NCBI GenBank assembly: GCA_964016885.1
Contig: OZ024741.1
Span: forward strand, 403,372,001 to 403,436,000
Length of the DNA stretch: 64,000 bases
Direction: 5' to 3'
Source of the DNA: Eledone cirrhosa
Taxonomy: Eukaryota
Part shown: positions 58,301-64,000 of the stretch, one piece after another
How the letters are laid out: each line of letters begins with the position of its first letter
Numbering within the stretch: the first letter of the stretch is position 1
Program-made: the position numbers and the translations under genes
Notes under the pieces: model-generated
Database searches by the model: none
The model's input: only the letters and a program-made list of their open reading frames with translations
Told to the model about the DNA's origin: nothing

Positions 58301-61300
58301 CAGGTAGGGACTACTATCTTTAACCCAGGTAGGGACTACTATCTTTAACCCAGGTAGTGACTACTATCTTTAACCCAAGTAGTGACTACTATCTTTAACC
58401 CAGGTAGGGACTACTATCTTTAACCCAGGTAGTGACTACTATCTTTAACCCAGGTAGTGACTACTATCTTTAACCCAAGTAGGGACTACTAGCTTTAACC
58501 CAGGTAGGGACTACTATCTTTATCCCAGGTAGTGACTACTATCTTTAACCCAGGTAGGGACATCTATCTTTAACCCAGGTAGTGAGTACTATCTTTAACC
58601 CAGGTAGGGACTACTATCTTTAACCCAAGTAGGGACTAATATCTTTAACCCAGGTAGTGACTACTATCTTTAACCCAGGTAGTGACTGCTATCTTTAACC
58701 CAGGTAGGGACTACTATCTTTAACCCAGGTAGGGACTTCTATCTTTAACCCAGGTAGGGACTTCTATCTTTAACCCAGGTAGGGACTATCTTTAACCCAG
58801 GTAGGGACTACTATCTTTAACCCAGGTAGTGACTACTATCTTTAACCCAAGTAGTGACTACTATCTTTAACCCAGGTAGGGACTACTATCTTTAACCCAG
58901 GTAGTGACTACTATCTTTAACCCAGGTAGTGACTACTATCTTTAACCCAAGTAGTGACTACTATCTTTAACCCAGGTAGGGACTACTATCTTTAACCCAG
59001 GTAGTGACTACTATCTTTAACCCAGGTAGTGACTACTATCTTTAACCCAAGTAGGGACTACTAGCTTTAACCCAGGTAGGGACTACTATCTTTATCCCAG
59101 GTAGTGACTACTATCTTTAACCCAGGTAGGGACTTCTATCTTTAACCCAGGTAGTGAGTACTATCTTTAACCCAGGTAGGGACTACTATCTTTAACCCAA
59201 GTAGGGACTAATATCTTTAACCCAGGTAGTGACTACTATCTTTAACCCAGGTAGTGACTGCTATCTTTAACACAGGTAGTGACTACTATCTTTAACCCAG
59301 GTAGTGACTACTATCTTTAACCCAGGTAGGGACTACTATCTTTAACCCAGGTAGGGACTACTATCTTTAACCCAGGTAGTGACTACTATCTTTAACCCAG
59401 GTAGGGACTACTATCTTTAACCCAGGTAGGGACTACCATCTTTAACCCAGGTAGGGACTACTATCTTTAACCCAGGTAGGGACTACTATCTTTAACCCAG
59501 GTATGGACTACTATCTTTAACCCAGGTAGGGACTACTATCTTTAACCCAGGTAGTGACTACTATCTTTAACCCAGGTAGGGACTACTATCTTTAACCCAG
59601 GTAGGGACTACTATCTTTAACCCAGGTAGTGACTACTATCTTTAACCCAGGTAGGGACCACTATCTTTAACCCAGGTAGTGACTACTATCTTTAACCCAG
59701 GTAGGGACTACTATCTTTAACCCAGGTAGGGACTACTATCTTTAACCCAGGTAGGGACTACTATCTTTAACCCAGGTATGGACTACTATCTTTAACCCAG
59801 GTAGGGACTACTATCTTTAACCCAGGTAGTGACTACTATCTTTAACCCAGGTAGGGACTACTATCTTTAACCCAGGTAGGGACTACTATCTTTAACCCAG
59901 GTAGTGACTACTATCTTTAACCCAGGTAGGGACTACTATCTTTAACCCAGGTAGTGACTATCTTTAACCCAGGTAGGGACTACTATCTTTAACCCAGGTA
60001 GTGACTACTACCTTTAACCCAAGTAGTGACTACTACCTTTAACCCAGGTAGGGACTACTATCTTTAACCCAGGTAGTGACTTCTATCTTTAACCCAGGTA
60101 GGGACTACTATCTTTAACCCCGGTAGTGACTTCTATCTTTAACCCAGGTAGTGACTATCTTTAACCCAGGTAGGGACTACTATCTTTAACCCAGGTAGTG
60201 ACTTCTATCTTTAACCCAGGTAGTGACTATCTTTAACCCAGGTAGGGACTATTATCTTTAACCCAGGTAGTGACTACTATCTTTAACCCAGGTATGGACT
60301 ACTACCTTTAACCCAGGTAGTGACTACTATCTTTAACCCAGGTAGGGACTACTATCTTTAACCCAGGTAGGGACTACTATCTTTAACCCAGGTAGTGACT
60401 ACTATCTTTAACCCAGGTAGGGACTATCTTTAACCCAGGTAGTGACTACTATCCTTAACCCAGGTAGTGACTACTATCTTTAACCCAGGTAGTGACTACT
60501 ATCTTTAACCCAGGTAGGGACTATCTTTAACCCAGGTAGTGACTACTATCTTTAACCCAGGTAGGGACTACTATCTTTAACCCAGGTAGTGACTACTATC
60601 TTTAACCCAGGTAGGGACTACTATATTTCACCCAGGTAGTGACTACTATCTTTAACCCAGGTAGGGACTACTATCTTTAACCCAGGTAGTGACTACTATA
60701 TTTCACCCAGGTAGTGACTACTATCTTTAACCCAGGTAGTGACTACTATCTTTAACCCAGGTAGGGACTACTATATTTCACCCAGGTAGGGACTACTACC
60801 TTTAACCCAGGGTAGTGACTACTATCTTTAACCCAGGTAGTGGCTACTATCTTTAACCCAGGTAGTGACTACTATCTTTAACCCAGGTAGGGACTATCTT
60901 TAACCCAAGTAGTGACTACCATCTTTAACCCAGGTAGGGACTACTATCTTTAACCCAGGTAGTGACTATCTTTAACCCAGGTAGGGACTACTATCTTTAA
61001 CCCAGGTAGGGACTACTATCTTTAACCCAGGTAGGTACTACTATCTTTAACCAAGGTAGGGACTACTATCTTTAACCCAGGTAGTGACTACTATCTTTAA
61101 CCCAGGTAGGGACTACTATCTTTAACCCAGGTAGGTACTACTATCTTTAACCCAGGTAGGTACTACTATCTTTAACCCAGGTAGGGACTACTATCTTTAA
61201 CCAAGGTAGGGACTACTACCTTTAACCCAGGTAGTGACTATCTTTAACCCAAGTAGTGACTACTATCTTTAACCCAGGTAGGTAATACTATCTTTAACCC

Positions 61301-64000
61301 AGGTAGTGACTATCTTTAACCCAGGTAGGGACTACTATCTTTAACCCAGGTAGGGACTACTATCTTTAACCCAGGTAGGTACTACTATCTTTAACCAAGG
61401 TAGGGACTACTACCTTTAACCCAGGTAGTGACTACTATCTTTAACCCAGGTAGGGACTACTATCTTTAACCCAGGTAGTGACTACTATCTTTAACCCAGG
61501 TAGGGACTACTACCTTTAACCCAGGTATCGACTACTATCTTTAACCCAGGTAGGGACTACTATCTTTAACCCAGGTAGGGACTACTATCTTTAACCCAGG
61601 TAGGTACTACTATCTTTAACCAAGGTAGGGACTACTACCTTTAACCCAGGTAGTGACTACTACCTTTAACCCAGGTAGGGTCTACTATCTTTAACCCAGG
61701 TAGTGACTACTATCTTTAACCCAGGTAGGGACTACTACCTTTAACCCAGGTATCGACTACTATCTTTAACCCAGGTAGGGACTACTATCTTTAACCCAGG
61801 TAGGGACTACTATCTTTAACCCAGGTAGGGACTACTATCTTTAACCCTGGTAGTGACTACTATCTTTAACCCAGGTAGGGACTACTATCTTTAACCCAGG
61901 TAGGGACTACTACCTTTAACCCAGGTAGTGACTACTATCTTTAACCCAGGTAGGGACTACTATCTTTAACCCAGGTAGTGACTACTATCTTTAACCCAGG
62001 TAGGGACTACTATCTTTAACCCAGGTAGTGACTACTACCTTTAACCCAGGTAGTGACTACTATCTTTAACCCAGGTAGGGACTACTATCTTTAACCCAGG
62101 TAGGGACTACTATCTTTAACCCAAGTAGGGACTACTATCTTTAACCCAGGTAGGGACTACTATCTTTAACCCAGGTAGGGACTACTACCTTTAACCCAGG
62201 TATCGACTACTATCTTTAACCCAGGTAGGGACTACTATCTTTAACCCAGGTAGGGACTACTATCTTTAACCCAGGTAGGGACTACTACCTTTAACCCAGG
62301 TAGTGACTACTATCTTTAACCCAAGTAGTGACTACTATCTTTAACCCAAGTAGGGACTACTATCTTTAACCCAGGTAGGGACTACTACCTTTAACCCAGG
62401 TATCGACTACTATCTTTAACCCAGGTAGGGACTACTATCTTTAACCCAGGTAGGGACTACTATCTTTAACCCAGGTAGGGACTACTACCTTTAACCCAGG
62501 TAGTGACTACTATCTTTAACCCAGGTAGGGACTTCTATCTTTAACCCAGGTAGGGACTACTATCTTTAACCCAGATAGGGACTACTATCTTTAACCCAGG
62601 TAGGGACTACTACCTTTAACCCAGGTAGTGACTACTATCTTTAACCCAGGTAGGGACTACTATCTTTAACCCAGGTAGGGACTACTATCTTTAACCCAGG
62701 TATCGACTACTATCTTTAACCCAGGTATCGACTACTATCTTTAACCCAGGTAGGGACTACTACCTTTAACCCAGGTAGTGACTACTATCTTTAAACCAGG
62801 TAGGGACTACTATCTTTAACCCAGGTAGTGACTACTACCTTTAACCCAGGTATCGACTACTATCTTTAACCCAGGTAGGGACTACTATCTTTAACCAAGG
62901 TAGGGACTTCTATCTTTAACCCAGGTAGTGACTACTATCTTTAACCCAGGTAGGGACTACTATCTTTAACCCAGGTAGGGACTTCTATCTTTAACCCAGG
63001 TAGGGACTTCTATCTTTAACCCAGGTAGGGACTATCTTTAACCCAGGTAGGGACTACTATCTTTAACCCAAGTAGTGACTACTACCTTTAACCCAGGTAG
63101 TGACTACTATCTTTAACCCAGGTAGGGACTTCTATCTTTAACCCAGGTAGGGACTTCTATCTTTAACCCAGGTAGGGACTACTATCTTTAACCCAAGTAG
63201 TGACTACTACCTTTAACCCAGGTAGTGACTACTATCTTTAACCCAGGTAGGGACTACTATCTTTAACCCAGGTAGGGACTACTATCTTTAACCCAGGTAG
63301 GGACTACTACCTTTAACCCAGGTATCGACTACTATCTTTAACCCAGGTAGGGACTACTATCTTTAACCCAGGTAGTGACTACTATCTTTAACCCAGGTAG
63401 GGACTACTACCTTTAACCCAGGTATCGACTACTATCTTTAACCCAGGTAGGGACTACTATCTTTAACCCAGGTAGGGACTACTATCTTTAACCCAGGTAG
63501 GGACTTCTATCTTTAACCCAGGTAGGGACTTCTATCTTTAACCCAGGTAGGGACTATCTTTAACCCAGGTAGGGACTACTATCTTTAACCCAAGTAGTGA
63601 CTACTACCTTTAACCCAGGTAGTGACTACTATCTTTAACCCAGGTAGGGACTTCTATCTTTAACCCAGGTAGGGACTTCTATCTTTAACCCAGGTAGGGA
63701 CTACTATCTTTAACCCAAGTAGTGACTACTACCTTTAACCCAGGTAGTGACTACTATCTTTAACCCAGGTAGGGACTACTATCTTTAACCCAGGTAGGGA
63801 CTTCTATCTTTAACCCAGGTAGGGACTTCTATCTTTAACCCAGGTAGGGACTATCTTTAACCCAGGTAGGGACTACTATCTTTAACCCAGGTAGGGACTA
63901 CTATCTTTAACCCAGGTAGTGACTACTATCTTTAACCCAAGTAGTGACTACTATCTTTAACCCAGGTAGGGACTACTATCTTTAACCCAGGTAGTGACTA
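55170..64000. repeat. Duplication with offset about 5.7 kb: about 55170-58450 repeated from about 60880 to the window end
   Basis: The first AGGTACTA unit is at 55321 and 61033, and AGGTAGGGTC at 55961 and 61673 (offset 5712). TCTTTAAACC is at 57101 and 62788 (offset 5687). Confidence 0.9.
58200..59270. repeat. Local tandem duplication of about 572 bp carrying private variants
   Basis: AGCTTT 58491/59063, TTATCCC about 58520/59092 and AGTGAGTA 58581/59153 all give offset 572. Confidence 0.88.

Larger units (their letters stand above)
1..64000. repeat. Satellite / large minisatellite array, 25-bp monomer TATCTTTAACCCAGGTAG(G/T)GACTAC, about 2,560 copies, single orientation, truncated at both window edges
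   Basis: The unit is read directly at 1-25, 26-50 and onward to the last line. Most units are within 0-2 substitutions of consensus. I saw no inversion or non-repeat insertion. Reverse complement: GTAGTC(C/A)CTACCTGGGTTAAAGATA. Confidence 0.99.

Noticed and set aside
1-64000. Protein-coding repeat ORF on either strand
   Set aside because: The 25-bp period cycles through all frames. The unit contains TAA and TAG (and TGA in T-type units) on the plus strand and TAA/TAG on the minus strand, so each frame stops within about 75 bp. The consensus has no ATG.
1-64000. CRISPR array (25-bp repeat with weak dyad symmetry)
   Set aside because: Repeats are directly adjacent with no unique spacers, and there is no leader or cas gene.
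1-64000. Telomerase-synthesised long-unit telomere like those of Kluyveromyces or Candida (23-25 bp units)
   Set aside because: The unit lacks the strong G-rich/C-rich strand asymmetry, the array is far longer than such telomeres, and variants are inherited in multi-kb duplicated blocks. This indicates recombinational amplification rather than templated addition.
11-64000. CCWGG (Dcm/EcoRII) site in most units, preserved by the CCAGG>CCTGG variant
   Set aside because: Other frequent variants (CCAAG, CAAGG, CCAGA) destroy the site, and nothing indicates a bacterial context, so conservation is not supported.
1-64000. Pure sequencing artefact (rolling-circle concatemer of a 25-mer) or synthetic data-encoding DNA
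   Set aside because: Rare variants recur in collinear order in hierarchical blocks with private differences. This fits descent by duplication rather than random error or designed code. Individual duplications could still be assembly errors.
1-64000. Plasmid iterons, or TTAA piggyBac target sites, as functional elements
   Set aside because: There is no rep gene, origin, transposon end or insertion. TTAA is simply part of the monomer.

Overview
The whole 64,000-bp window is one uninterrupted, head-to-tail tandem array of a 25-bp unit, consensus TATCTTTAACCCAGGTAG(G/T)GACTAC, with about 2,560 copies. It runs off both window ends. I found no unique sequence, gene, RNA gene, mobile element or CRISPR spacer. 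Because the period is not a multiple of 3 and the unit carries stop triplets on both strands, every reading frame is closed within about 75 bp under the standard code. The information lies in the order of variant units: a common G/T dimorphism, a small set of recurrent substitutions, 22-bp units (one CTA lost) and 26-bp units (one G gained). Rare variants used as landmarks reveal nested tandem and dispersed duplications with offsets of about 0.55, 0.57, 0.73, 1.65, 2.68, 3.6, 3.9-4.6, 4.65, 4.75-4.95 and 5.7 kb. This looks like a eukaryotic-type satellite or large minisatellite evolving by unequal exchange, without one fixed higher-order repeat. The organism, chromosomal position and function cannot be determined from this window, and I see no evidence of a protein-based novel system. 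Block boundaries are approximate because they were read by eye; landmark offsets were counted from the sequence.
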